This document shows, in pieces, positions 48,598-57,647 of a stretch of DNA of 64,000 nt (position 1 is the first letter of the stretch; each line of letters starts with the position of its first letter). This DNA comes from an uncultured Bacteroidales bacterium (GTDB lineage: Bacteria > Bacteroidota > Bacteroidia > Bacteroidales > P3): positions 7,445 through 71,444 of the forward strand of contig ONJY01000009.1 in assembly GCA_900318275.1 (NCBI GenBank). The letters are read 5' to 3'. The notes beneath the pieces were generated by a model. It was given only the letters and a program-made list of their open reading frames with translations. It ran no database searches and had not been told where the DNA came from. Both the position numbers and the translations under genes were made by a program.

Positions 48598-49350
48598 CTA
48601 TCGGGGACGCACGGCGCGCATGGGTTGCCCCCTGTAGCGGTCGTAAGCGTCCAAGCCACAAGACAATACACCGTGCTCCTCGCCGAAGTAGAGGCTCCAC
48701 GCGCCGTCGGGGTCGTCGGCGAGCGAGGAGGACCAGTAGAAGCCCAGCGCGCCTGTGTATGAAGTATCTGCACCCGTAACGCATCCTGCGGCGGGCAGGA
48801 AGATACTGTTGCCGTTGGCGCCCATGAAGCGGCAGCCGCTGACGCCGTCGATGGTCGTCCACACGGCGGCGGTGTGCTCGATGAGTTCCAGCCAGTCGTC
48901 GAAGGAGGGGGTGCGGGCACCGTTGCCGAGCCGGAGGGCGGCGGCATCGTCGGCGGCGACGAGGGCCGTCAGGTTGTCGACCGGGCCGAAGGACGGCAGG
49001 GTGTTGTAGCGGGTCAACGTGTCGAGGTGTCCATCGGCGCTTGCGGTGCAGTAACGGTAGGAGTTCCAGCCATATACGTTCTTGGGAGAGGTCTCGCCCC
49101 AGGCGATGTAGTCGCCACACTCGCTGCCGGCAGCGGCGCCCACGTTGCATTCGGCCCACAGCAGGCCGCTGGGCAGGCCGAGCTCGACCCAGCCGTCGGG
49201 GATGGCCCGATAGCCGTTGTCGGCGCTGCTGCTACGATGGTCGGCGACTTCGTCGTCGCAGGCGGCAAAGGCCAAGGCCAGCACGGCGGCGAGGGCGGCG
49301 AGGGATGCTCTGAGGTGATGCTTCATATCGGTGTCCGATTTCGGGTGCAA
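48598..49350 (-). CDS. lipoprotein with DUF1566/FISUMP-type domain (paralogue of 1313..1999)
   Basis: Lipobox FAAC. Shares [30 protein letters not shown] and RAVR with the first copy. Confidence 0.7.
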   Translation of the reverse strand: MHPKSDTDMKHHLRASLAALAAVLALAFAACDDEVADHRSSSADNGYRAIPDGWVELGLPSGLLWAECNVGAAAGSECGDYIAWGETSPKNVYGWNSYRYCTASADGHLDTLTRYNTLPSFGPVDNLTALVAADDAAALRLGNGARTPSFDDWLELIEHTAAVWTTIDGVSGCRFMGANGNSIFLPAAGCVTGADTSYTGALGFYWSSSLADDPDGAWSLYFGEEHGVLSCGLDAYDRYRGQPMRAVRPR

Positions 49351-49478
49351 AGATACGAAATAATATCCATACGGCGGCGGGAGCGGCGCTTTTTTTGCAC
49401 CTCCGACGGGCGGGGAGTCACAATAATTCGCGGCATACGGCGTTTATATTCAGAAACAATAAAAACACGAGGAACGAC

Positions 49479-50732
49479 ATGAAAAGGACGCTACTGACGA
49501 TAGTTCTTTTAGCCATTTTCGGCGTCAGCCAGGCACAGCACGACAGCATCGCGGAGAGCGACCCGCTGATTGTGCAACGCATCGGCGAGTGGCAGGACCT
49601 GAAGTTCGGCTTCATGATGCATTGGGGCATCTACGCGCAATGGGGCATTGTGGAGAGCTGGAACATCTGTAACGAGCCGTGGATCAACCGTAACGGGGCC
49701 AACTACGAGGACTACAAGCGTGCCTACTGGGCGCTGAACAAGACCTTCAACCCGCAGCACTTCGCGCCCGAACGGTGGGCGGCGGCGGCAAAAGGGGCCG
49801 GCATGAAGTATGTCGTCTTCACCACCAAGCACCACGACGGCTTCTGCATGTTCGACAGCAAGCTGACCGACTACAACAGTACCGGCAGCGAGTGTCCGGC
49901 GAAGACCGACTTCACGCGCGGCGTGGTGGAGGCCTTCCGGGCGCAGGGCTTCTGGACGGGTCTCTACTTCAGCAAGCCCGACTGGCACAACGACGACTAC
50001 TGGGCGCACGAGTGGGCTACCCCCGACCGCAACGTCAACTACTCCATCGCCGACCATCCCGACCGCTGGCAGCGCTACTGCGACTTCACATACAACCAGA
50101 TACGCGAGCTCACGCACAACTACGGCAAGATAGACATACTGTGGCTCGACGGCGGATGGGTGCGGCCGGCGTGGAGCGTCAACGACGAGACGCGCCCTTG
50201 GCTCGGATGCAGCGGCCAGGTGCAGGAACTCGACATGCACCGCCTCGCGGGCATAGCACGTGAGCGCAACCCGCAGACAATCATCGTCGACCGCAGCGTC
50301 GGCGGCCGCTACGAGAACTACCGCACACCCGAGAAGCAGGTGCCCGACACGCTGCTCCCCTACCCTTGGGAGACCTGCATGACGATGGGCGACAGCTGGA
50401 GCTATGTGCCCAGCGACAACTACAAGAGCGCCAAGGAGCTGATACACATGCTGTGTGACGTTGTGGCCAAAGGCGGCAACCTGCTGCTCAACGTGGGGCC
50501 CGATGCCGACGGCAACCTGCCGCCCGAGGCGTTGCAGCGCATGGAAGCGATAGGACGCTGGCTGCAGAAGAACGGCCACGCCATTTACGGCACACGGCCG
50601 CTATACCCCTACTGCGAGGGCCGCATACGCTACACGCAGAGCAAGGACGGCAAGCACCAGTATGCCATAACCCTCACCGACGAGGCGCCCTACGCCATAG
50701 TAAAAGAACTTAAAGGAAAGGCACGCAAATGA
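49479..50732 (+). CDS. alpha-L-fucosidase (GH29)
   Basis: The ATG at 49479 gives signal peptide MKRTLLTIVLLAIFGVSQA. Motif GMKYVVFTTKHHDGFCMFDS, plus LWLDGGW. Confidence 0.85.
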   Translation: MKRTLLTIVLLAIFGVSQAQHDSIAESDPLIVQRIGEWQDLKFGFMMHWGIYAQWGIVESWNICNEPWINRNGANYEDYKRAYWALNKTFNPQHFAPERWAAAAKGAGMKYVVFTTKHHDGFCMFDSKLTDYNSTGSECPAKTDFTRGVVEAFRAQGFWTGLYFSKPDWHNDDYWAHEWATPDRNVNYSIADHPDRWQRYCDFTYNQIRELTHNYGKIDILWLDGGWVRPAWSVNDETRPWLGCSGQVQELDMHRLAGIARERNPQTIIVDRSVGGRYENYRTPEKQVPDTLLPYPWETCMTMGDSWSYVPSDNYKSAKELIHMLCDVVAKGGNLLLNVGPDADGNLPPEALQRMEAIGRWLQKNGHAIYGTRPLYPYCEGRIRYTQSKDGKHQYAITLTDEAPYAIVKELKGKARK

Positions 50733-51169
50733 CAAAGGAAGAACGTTACAAAAGCCTGCTGCCGCAGGTGAAAGCCCTCTGCGAGGGCGAAGAGGACATG
50801 ATTGCCAAGATGGCCAACGTGGCGGCGCTGCTGCACACGGAGTTTGGCTTCTGGTGGACAGGCTTCTACCGCGTCGTGAACAACGAGCTGCTGCTGGGGC
50901 CGTTCCAGGGACCGATAGCATGTGTACACATAGCCTACGGGCGAGGTGTTTGCGGCACCGCATGGAAGGAACGCCGCACCGTCGTGGTGCCCGACGTGGA
51001 GGAATTTCCCGGCCACATAGCATGCTCGTCGGAGAGCCGCAGCGAGATAGTGGTGCCGGTAACGAAGGGCGGCGACATCATCGGCGTACTCGACATCGAC
51101 AGCCGCGAACTCAACACCTTCGACGACACCGACGCCCGCTGGCTCGAACAGGCTGTAACGCTGCTCTGA
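50729..51169 (+). CDS. GAF-domain free methionine-(R)-sulfoxide reductase-like protein (MsrC/YebR type)
   Basis: WTGFYRV...LLLGPFQGPIACVHIAYGRGVCGTAW...PGHIACSSESRSEIVVPV pattern. Confidence 0.8.
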   Translation: MTKEERYKSLLPQVKALCEGEEDMIAKMANVAALLHTEFGFWWTGFYRVVNNELLLGPFQGPIACVHIAYGRGVCGTAWKERRTVVVPDVEEFPGHIACSSESRSEIVVPVTKGGDIIGVLDIDSRELNTFDDTDARWLEQAVTLL

Positions 51170-51205
51170 CCCACTATGCACAAGGAACCGAACCGACTGA
51201 AAGAC

Positions 51206-51236
51206 AGAAAAAAGAAAAGCCCCTCAAGAGGGGCTT
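51206..51236 (-). terminator. rho-independent terminator of the minus-strand tRNA-Val (also closes the plus-strand GAF gene)
   Basis: On the minus strand: AGCCCCT-CTTG-AGGGGCT followed by TTTCTTTTTTCTG. Confidence 0.8.
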
Positions 51237-51241
51237 CCGAG

Positions 51242-51316
51242 TGGTCTGTGGGAGATTCGAACTCTCGACCTCTTCCGTGTGAAGGAAGCGCTCTGAACCA
51301 ACTGAGCTAACAGACC
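51242..51316 (-). tRNA. tRNA-Val (anticodon CAC)
   Basis: Reverse complement folds with acceptor GGTCTGT/ACAGACC and anticodon stem CTTCC/GGAAG with loop TTCACAC. One A-C mismatch in the T-stem. Confidence 0.85.
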
Positions 51317-51348
51317 GATAAGGGTGCTTTTTCTCTCAAAAGCGGTTG

Positions 51349-51379
51349 CAAAAGTACACTATTTTTTTCACATGGCAAA
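51349..51379 (-). promoter_or_regulatory. promoter of the minus-strand tRNA-Val: TTTG N19 TACTTTTG
   Basis: Minus strand reads TTTGCCATGTGAAAAAAATAGTGTACTTTTGCAACCGCTTTTGAGAGAAAAAG. The leader matches the 22127-22147 leader. Confidence 0.8.
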
Positions 51380-51391
51380 ATAAATCTTTCA

Positions 51392-52102
51392 ATGGGCAAT
51401 AAAAAAAGGCTGTTCTATAAATCACAAACCGTCGGTATTATCTGGGTATCAGTATCATTGATTATCATCGTAGCTATCGGCATTTTTTCGTCGCACCGAA
51501 AAGATACCGCCGGACAAAACGATACCGTCGGCACCGAAAACATCAAAATATTGACATCGAAGGAAGACTCGGCATACCACCAGCGATACAAGACCCGCAG
51601 CCACAGAGACATAGCCGCACATAGAAACCGGCACGACCTCAGAACGGACAGCACGATGTATGGCAACCAAACGCCTGCAGTAAGACGGCAACCCCTTGTC
51701 GTTGAGCTCAATAATGCTGACACAACGACATTGCAGCTGTTGCACGGCATCGGTCCTGCATACGCACGCCGCATAGTACGCTATCGCGAGAGGCTCGGTG
51801 GTTTCATCGACGTCGGACAGCTGCTGGAGGTTTATGGCTTCACACCTGAGCTGCTGGCACATATAGCTCCCTCGCTGACACTTGACACTTCATCGATACG
51901 TCGCATCGACATCAACAGCATAGGTCTGAAACAACTGATACAGCACCCGTACATAGAATACTACCAGGCCCGCGACATCGTAAACCTCAGGAACAGAGGT
52001 GTGCGCTTCAGTTCTGCCGACGACCTGCGCGCTGTGCCCTCGATGGCCGACAGCACGCTGGCCAGGCTTTTGCCCTACCTAAGCTTCGACAGCTGCCGAT
52101 AG
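51392..52102 (+). CDS. ComEA-like protein with tandem helix-hairpin-helix DNA-binding motifs
   Basis: TM anchor plus two HhH units (LLHGIGPAYARRIVRYR; ...QARDIVNLR...). Confidence 0.7.
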   Translation: MGNKKRLFYKSQTVGIIWVSVSLIIIVAIGIFSSHRKDTAGQNDTVGTENIKILTSKEDSAYHQRYKTRSHRDIAAHRNRHDLRTDSTMYGNQTPAVRRQPLVVELNNADTTTLQLLHGIGPAYARRIVRYRERLGGFIDVGQLLEVYGFTPELLAHIAPSLTLDTSSIRRIDINSIGLKQLIQHPYIEYYQARDIVNLRNRGVRFSSADDLRAVPSMADSTLARLLPYLSFDSCR

Positions 52103-52172
52103 CGCAACAAACATGCGCTGCTGCACAATATTACGACGGCAATCGCGTTATTGAGACAAAAACGCCAAGACT

Positions 52173-52739
52173 ATGTTGACCTCCCAATACTCATGGGCCG
52201 CAGTCCTGACCCGCCACAACGCCGAGATGCTGGTGGCCAAGCGCTTTGAAGAGGCCGAGCCTCCCATAGAGTACTACCTGCCCATGCTGGCCGTCCGCGA
52301 CAAGCGCATCAAGAGCAAGGAATTGCCCGAGAAGCCGATGTTCCCCTGCTATATCTTTGTGCGCATAAACAACAAGCAGATATACCAGACACGCACCACG
52401 AAGGGAGTCAAATACATTGTCAGCAGCCAGCACAGCATTATCCAGGTACCCGACAAGGAGATAGAAGCCATACGTCGCTTCGAGGCCACCCAGAGGGCAT
52501 TCCATGTGCATGAGACGGCCCAGCTGGTCAAGGGTGCACAGGCAACAATAATGAGTGGCGAATTTGCCGGAATGCAAGGACGGCTCGTCAAAGAATGCAA
52601 GGACGGCAATTTCTGTGTGGAGATCAGCGTACTCAACATGTCATTTGTGGTTCATATAAAACGAAGCGAGCTCCGCGCGCCCGTAAAAGAGGAGCTAACC
52701 GACAATGAACCAGGTGAATTTGAAAATCACCAATTATAG
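52173..52739 (+). CDS. UpxY-family NusG-like transcription antiterminator (orphan)
   Basis: NGN-like N-terminus (WAAVLTRHNAEMLVAKRF...PCYIFVR) and KOW motif (GAQATIMSGEFAGMQGRLV). Confidence 0.75.
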   Translation: MLTSQYSWAAVLTRHNAEMLVAKRFEEAEPPIEYYLPMLAVRDKRIKSKELPEKPMFPCYIFVRINNKQIYQTRTTKGVKYIVSSQHSIIQVPDKEIEAIRRFEATQRAFHVHETAQLVKGAQATIMSGEFAGMQGRLVKECKDGNFCVEISVLNMSFVVHIKRSELRAPVKEELTDNEPGEFENHQL

Positions 52740-52838
52740 TTATTGTGGGGTCTTGCGGAAGGTTGTACCTTTGCACTCAGAAAATGGAGAGACAGGCAAC
52801 CTTTAGAAAGCCCATTTTTGTTTTAGGATTAATGACTT

Positions 52839-52872
52839 AGAGGACGCTCAACGAGCGTCCTCTTTGTTTTTC
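52839..52872 (+). terminator. rho-independent terminator (plus-strand polarity)
   Basis: AGAGGACGCTC-AAC-GAGCGTCCTCT followed by TTGTTTTTCT. Confidence 0.85.
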
Positions 52873-52938
52873 TGCGCCGTATAGAGGCGGCATAGCAGAG
52901 GCAATGTGCGGGTATGGAAAGGATCGATGCCCTTACCA

Positions 52939-54693
52939 CTATTTCACATCCACCTTGATGCACAGCTCGTCGAGCTGTTCCTGACTGATGGGCGAGGGCG
53001 ACTGGCTCATCACGTCGCGGCCCGAGTTATTCTTCGGGAAGGCTATGAAGTCGCGTATCGAGTCGGCGCCGGCGAAGATGGAGCAGAGGCGGTCGAAGCC
53101 GAAGGCCAGACCTGCGTGCGGTGGAGCGCCGTAGGTGAATGCATCCATCAGAAAACCGAACTGAGCGGCAGCGCTCTCGTCGGTGAAGCCGAGGGTGTGG
53201 AACATCTTGTTCTGCAGCACACGGTCGTGGATACGGATGCTGCCGCCACCCACCTCGGTGCCGTTCATCACTATGTCGTATGCATTGGCGCGTATGTCGC
53301 CCCAGCGGCTGGGGTCGTCGAGCAGCGCCTCGTCCTCTGGCTTGGGAGCCGTGAAGGGGTGATGCATAGCGTAGTAGCGCTGCGTCTCGTCGTCCCACTC
53401 CAGCAGCGGGAAGTCGATAACCCAGAGGGGTGCGAACTTCTGCGGGTCGCGCAGGCCGAGCTGCTGACCCATCTCCAGACGCAAGGCGCAGAGCTGCGTG
53501 CGAGTCTTCATGGCGGGGCCGCAGAGCAGCAGCATCAGGTCGCCGGGTTTGGCACCCATCTTGTCGGCGACAGCCTTCAGGGCCTCGGCGTCGTAGAACT
53601 TGTCGACCGAGCTCTTGAACGAGCCGTCGGCGTTATACTTGATGTACACCATACCGCCGGCGCCCACCTGCGGACGCTTGACGAAGTCGGTCAGCGCGTC
53701 GAGCTGCTTGCGGGTATATTCAGCGCAGCCTTCGGCAACGATGCCCACCACCAGCTCGGCGCCGTCGAAGAGGCTGAAGCCGTGACCCTTGACCACATCG
53801 GTCACCTCCTTGAACTCCATGCCGAAGCGGATGTCGGGCTTGTCGGAGCCGTAGAGGCGCATGGCGTCGTGCCAAGTCATGCGGGGGAAGCGGTCGAACT
53901 CAATGCCCTTCATCTCCTTGAAGAGGTGCTTGGCGAGGCCCTCGAACATGTCGAGCACGTCCTCCTGCTCCACGAAGCTCATCTCGCAGTCGATCTGCGT
54001 GAACTCCGGCTGGCGGTCGGCGCGCAGGTCCTCGTCGCGGAAGCAGCGCACAATCTGGAAGTAGCGGTCCATGCCGGCCACCATGAGCAGCTGCTTGTAC
54101 TGCTGTGGCGATTGCGGCAGGGCGTAGAACTCGCCGGGATTCATGCGGCTGGGCACCACGAAGTCGCGTGCGCCCTCGGGGGTGGACTTGATGAGCATAG
54201 GGGTCTCAATCTCCAGGAAGTCGCGGTCGGAGAGGTAGTTGCGCACCAGCATAGCCATGCGGTGGCGCATCTCGAGGTTGCGGCGCACGGGGTTGCGGCG
54301 GATGTCGAGGTAGCGGTACTTCATGCGGAGGTCGTCGCCGCCGTCGCTTTGGTCCTCGATGGTGAAGGGCGGCACTTTGGCCTCGTTGAGGATGTTGAGG
54401 GCAGCAACCTCAATCTCAATCTCTCCGGTAGGTATTTTGGTGTTCTTCGAGCTGCGCTCGATAACCTTGCCGGTAACCTGTATCACGTATTCGCGCCCCA
54501 GCTTGCGAGCCTGCTCGCAGAGGGGGGCGTTGGTCTCCATGTTGAAAGCCAGCTGCGTGATGCCGTAGCGGTCGCGCAGGTCGATGAAAGTCATGCCGCC
54601 GAGGTCGCGCGAGCGCTGCACCCATCCGGCGAGGGTGACTGTCTGTCCCACATTGGCGAGGCGGAGCTCGCCGCAAGTATTAGTCCTATACAT
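52939..54693 (-). CDS. aspS: aspartate--tRNA ligase
   Basis: [11 protein letters not shown]..., [35 protein letters not shown]. Confidence 0.95.
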   Translation of the reverse strand: MYRTNTCGELRLANVGQTVTLAGWVQRSRDLGGMTFIDLRDRYGITQLAFNMETNAPLCEQARKLGREYVIQVTGKVIERSSKNTKIPTGEIEIEVAALNILNEAKVPPFTIEDQSDGGDDLRMKYRYLDIRRNPVRRNLEMRHRMAMLVRNYLSDRDFLEIETPMLIKSTPEGARDFVVPSRMNPGEFYALPQSPQQYKQLLMVAGMDRYFQIVRCFRDEDLRADRQPEFTQIDCEMSFVEQEDVLDMFEGLAKHLFKEMKGIEFDRFPRMTWHDAMRLYGSDKPDIRFGMEFKEVTDVVKGHGFSLFDGAELVVGIVAEGCAEYTRKQLDALTDFVKRPQVGAGGMVYIKYNADGSFKSSVDKFYDAEALKAVADKMGAKPGDLMLLLCGPAMKTRTQLCALRLEMGQQLGLRDPQKFAPLWVIDFPLLEWDDETQRYYAMHHPFTAPKPEDEALLDDPSRWGDIRANAYDIVMNGTEVGGGSIRIHDRVLQNKMFHTLGFTDESAAAQFGFLMDAFTYGAPPHAGLAFGFDRLCSIFAGADSIRDFIAFPKNNSGRDVMSQSPSPISQEQLDELCIKVDVK

Positions 54694-54727
54694 AATTACG
54701 TCTGTTTTCGTTCACAATAACAAGATG

Positions 54728-54760
54728 CAAATTTACGAAAAATATCCTAACCGCGACAAA
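54728..54760 (-). promoter_or_regulatory. promoter of aspS: TTTG N21 TAAATTTG (minus strand)
   Basis: Minus strand reads TTTGTCGCGGTTAGGATATTTTTCGTAAATTTGCATC. Confidence 0.7.
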
Positions 54761-54812
54761 TAACTTTCGCTTTTTTGCCTCGTCGCATGGGGATAGAGCC
54801 GTCCTTCCCCCA

Positions 54813-54930
54813 ATCGTTCAACCATACTTCGACCGTAGTTCGACCATCGTTCGACCATATAGAATGGTTAAACGATGGTTGAAGTATGGTCGAACGATGG
54901 TCGAAATGACGATGGAAGTGCGATGGAATG
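54813..54930. repeat. palindrome of 11-mer arrays: four direct NNNNTTCRACC units followed by four to six inverted units
   Basis: Direct units at 54813-54856 (ATCGTTCAACC, ATACTTCGACC, GTAGTTCGACC, ATCGTTCGACC). Inverted units from 54865 (TGGTTAAACGA, TGGTTGAAGTA, TGGTCGAACGA, TGGTCGAAATG...). Perfect 21-nt IR: 54839-54859 / 54885-54905. Confidence 0.9.
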
Positions 54931-55057
54931 GCGGCGTTAGGACGGGGGTTCGGCGGCGGATTGGCGGGTGTCGGTATTAACAAAAGCAAGGAATTTATCA
55001 ACAATGCGCGTAAATATAATATTATTTTGTATTTTTGCAGCCTAAACAAAGAAGGAC

Positions 55058-55924
55058 ATGTACAGCCATTTAGAAGTAGAAGAGGGCGTATATATACCAT
55101 GTGACCCAGCGAGTTATCCGCAGGACAACGCGCAGAGACACCTTGTGGAGGTGAAGCCTCCGAAGGAGGGTGCACGCCAATTCACCTTCGACGACAGCTA
55201 CCCCTACATAGACCGTTCGTTCAGCTACCGGTTCCAGCACGAGATTGCGGGGCCTCTGTTCCTGTGGTTCGTGATATACCCGATAAACATGCTCAAGTAC
55301 GGCCTGCGCATCGAGGGCCGGAGCAACCTGCGTCGATGGCGCAAGGAGCTGAAGGGCGGCGCTGTGGCGGTGTGCAACCACGTTTACCAGTTCGACGCCG
55401 TAGCCGTGAAGCAGGCCCTGAGCTGGTGGCGGCACATCTGGATACCGATGTACGCCAAGCATTTCAACGGCGGCCAGTACTGGTTTGTGCGCTATGTGGG
55501 CGGCATTCCGGTGCCCGAGGCGCGCAGCGGCATGCGCAAGTTCGACGAGGCTTTCGACTACTACCACAGTCGCGGCGAGCACATACTGGTGTTCCCCGAG
55601 GAGGTGCGGTGGGATTGGTACGAGCCGATACGTCCCTTCCGCAAGGGAGCCTTCACTATGGCCTACAAATACGGCTGCCCGGTGGTGCCGCTGGCCATCA
55701 GCTACCGCAAGCGCAAAGGGCTGTACCGCCTCTTCGGGCCCAAGGATATGCCTGTGATGACCATACGCGTCGGCGAGCCCTTGATACCCGACACCACGAA
55801 GCCGCGCAAGGAGGAGACCGAACGGCTGCGCCGCGAGGCGCATGCGGCGATGGTGCGCCTGGCCGGCATCAGGCACAACCCCTGGGAGGCTGTGCCCGAC
55901 GACGAGGTGAGGGGTGAACGCTAA
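55058..55924 (+). CDS. PlsC-like lysophospholipid/1-acylglycerol-3-phosphate acyltransferase family protein
   Basis: HX4D motif NHVYQFD and downstream VFPEEVR block. Confidence 0.75.
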   Translation: MYSHLEVEEGVYIPCDPASYPQDNAQRHLVEVKPPKEGARQFTFDDSYPYIDRSFSYRFQHEIAGPLFLWFVIYPINMLKYGLRIEGRSNLRRWRKELKGGAVAVCNHVYQFDAVAVKQALSWWRHIWIPMYAKHFNGGQYWFVRYVGGIPVPEARSGMRKFDEAFDYYHSRGEHILVFPEEVRWDWYEPIRPFRKGAFTMAYKYGCPVVPLAISYRKRKGLYRLFGPKDMPVMTIRVGEPLIPDTTKPRKEETERLRREAHAAMVRLAGIRHNPWEAVPDDEVRGER

Positions 55925-55955
55925 AGAAAGAAACTGAAATAACAACTATACGACA

Positions 55956-57647
55956 ATGAAGACAAGCAACATGATTGTGCCCAACCTGCTCCTCGGAATG
56001 GCAGGCGGCATACAGTATCGCGCCCTGCAGCGCGCCACCAAGAACCCCCGCAAGGCCAGCGAGAAGACCCTGCGCGAGATATTGACCTACGCCAAGGACA
56101 CCGTCTACGGCAAGGAGCACAAGTTCGACTACATCCTCGAGGCTGCCGACGACACGGAGCTGTACAAGCGCTACCGCGAGCAGGTGAAGCCCAACGAGTA
56201 TGAGGACTTTCGCCCCTACGTGGAACGCCACAAGAACGGCGAGGCCGACGTCCTGTTCCCGGGCAAGCCGGTGCTCTACGCCACCACCAGCGGCTCGACG
56301 GCAGAGCCCAAGTGGATACCTATCACCGAGCGCTACCTGAAGACCATCTACGGCAAGATGACCAAGGTGTGGCTCTACAACTTCATACAGAACCGCCACA
56401 AGGTCTTCGCCGGCAAGATACTCTCTATCGTGGGCAAGGTGGTCGAGGGCTATGCACCCGACGGCACGGTGTACGGCTCGGTGAGCGGTGTGACGCAGCG
56501 CGACTGTCCCGGCTTCGTCAAGAAGCTCTACAGCAACCCGCAATGTGTCTACTCGATAGCCGACTACACGTCGCGCTACTACGTGCTGATGCGCATGGGC
56601 ATAGAGCAGGACATCACGCTGATAGTCACCGCCAACCCGTCGACCATCGTGGAGCTGCAGAACAACGTGAACCGCTACTACGACGACTATGTGAACGACA
56701 TAGAGCACGGCACCCTGAAGGCCGACCTCAAGATACCTGCCGAGATACGCGCCGAGCTGGAGGCCTGCCTCAAGCCCAACCCCAAGCGTGCCGCCGAGTT
56801 GCGCGCCCTGAAGGCCAAATACGGCGACGTGCTGCCCAAGCACTACTGGCCCAACATACAGATACTGAACACCTGGAAGTGCGGCAACACGAAAGTGTAC
56901 CTCGACAAGTTCAAGGACTCGTTCCCCAAGACCATGCTGCACCAGGAGTTCGGCTACTTCGCTTCGGAGTGCCGCTTCGGCCTTGTGATGGACGACACGC
57001 TCAACAGCGTCATGTTCCCCCACATGCACTACTACGAGTTCATCAAGGAGGAGGACATGGACAACCCCAACCCGACCTTCTACCAGCTGCACGAGCTCGT
57101 GGAGGGCCAGCGCTACTGCCCCTACGTGACCACATTCGCCGGCCTCTACCGCTACAACATGAACGACCTGCTCGAGGTCGGCCCCAACTACAACGCCACA
57201 CCGACGGTGCACATGATACAGAAGACTCACGGCATCGTCACCATGACGGGCGAGAAGCTCTACGAGCGCCAGTTCATAGAGGCTGTGCACAAGGCTGAGC
57301 AAGAGACCGGGTTGGCCACGCGCTTCTTCATAGGCTTCGCCGAACTGGCGGAGAGCCGATACAACTTCTACTACGAGTTTGCCGACCAGGCGACCACGCA
57401 GGAGCAGGCCGAGCAGTTCACGGTGGCTGTCGACAAAGCCCTGCAGAGCATCAACATGGAGTACAAGGCCAAGCGCGAGTCGCTGCGCCTGAAGGACGCC
57501 GTGACCTACCGCCTGGTGAAGGAGTCGTTTGAGCAGTTCAAGGAACGCTGCATCAAGGAAGGTGCCCGCGACGGCCAGTTCAAGCTCAACCTGCTGCTGC
57601 AGGACGAGGTGCGCCACGCCAAGTTCAACGAACTGGTGAAGAAATGA
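55956..57647 (+). CDS. GH3 'auxin-responsive promoter' family adenylate-forming (acyl acid amido synthetase-like) protein
   Basis: Motif ATTSGSTAEPKWIP and overall length/pattern typical of bacterial GH3-family proteins. Confidence 0.8.
   Translation: MKTSNMIVPNLLLGMAGGIQYRALQRATKNPRKASEKTLREILTYAKDTVYGKEHKFDYILEAADDTELYKRYREQVKPNEYEDFRPYVERHKNGEADVLFPGKPVLYATTSGSTAEPKWIPITERYLKTIYGKMTKVWLYNFIQNRHKVFAGKILSIVGKVVEGYAPDGTVYGSVSGVTQRDCPGFVKKLYSNPQCVYSIADYTSRYYVLMRMGIEQDITLIVTANPSTIVELQNNVNRYYDDYVNDIEHGTLKADLKIPAEIRAELEACLKPNPKRAAELRALKAKYGDVLPKHYWPNIQILNTWKCGNTKVYLDKFKDSFPKTMLHQEFGYFASECRFGLVMDDTLNSVMFPHMHYYEFIKEEDMDNPNPTFYQLHELVEGQRYCPYVTTFAGLYRYNMNDLLEVGPNYNATPTVHMIQKTHGIVTMTGEKLYERQFIEAVHKAEQETGLATRFFIGFAELAESRYNFYYEFADQATTQEQAEQFTVAVDKALQSINMEYKAKRESLRLKDAVTYRLVKESFEQFKERCIKEGARDGQFKLNLLLQDEVRHAKFNELVKK

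Noticed and set aside
48458-49482. Arg/Pro-rich ORFs 48458..49159, 48501..48947, 48874..49482 and 49041..49313 around the second DUF1566-like gene
   Set aside because: They are alternative frames of a GC-rich gene whose own frame carries the lipobox and all family motifs shared with the paralogue at 1313..1999.
52906-54720. 604-aa plus-strand ORF covering aspS
   Set aside because: It is the antisense of a canonical AspRS gene. The product is low-complexity (runs of HLV/EAE/AAG).
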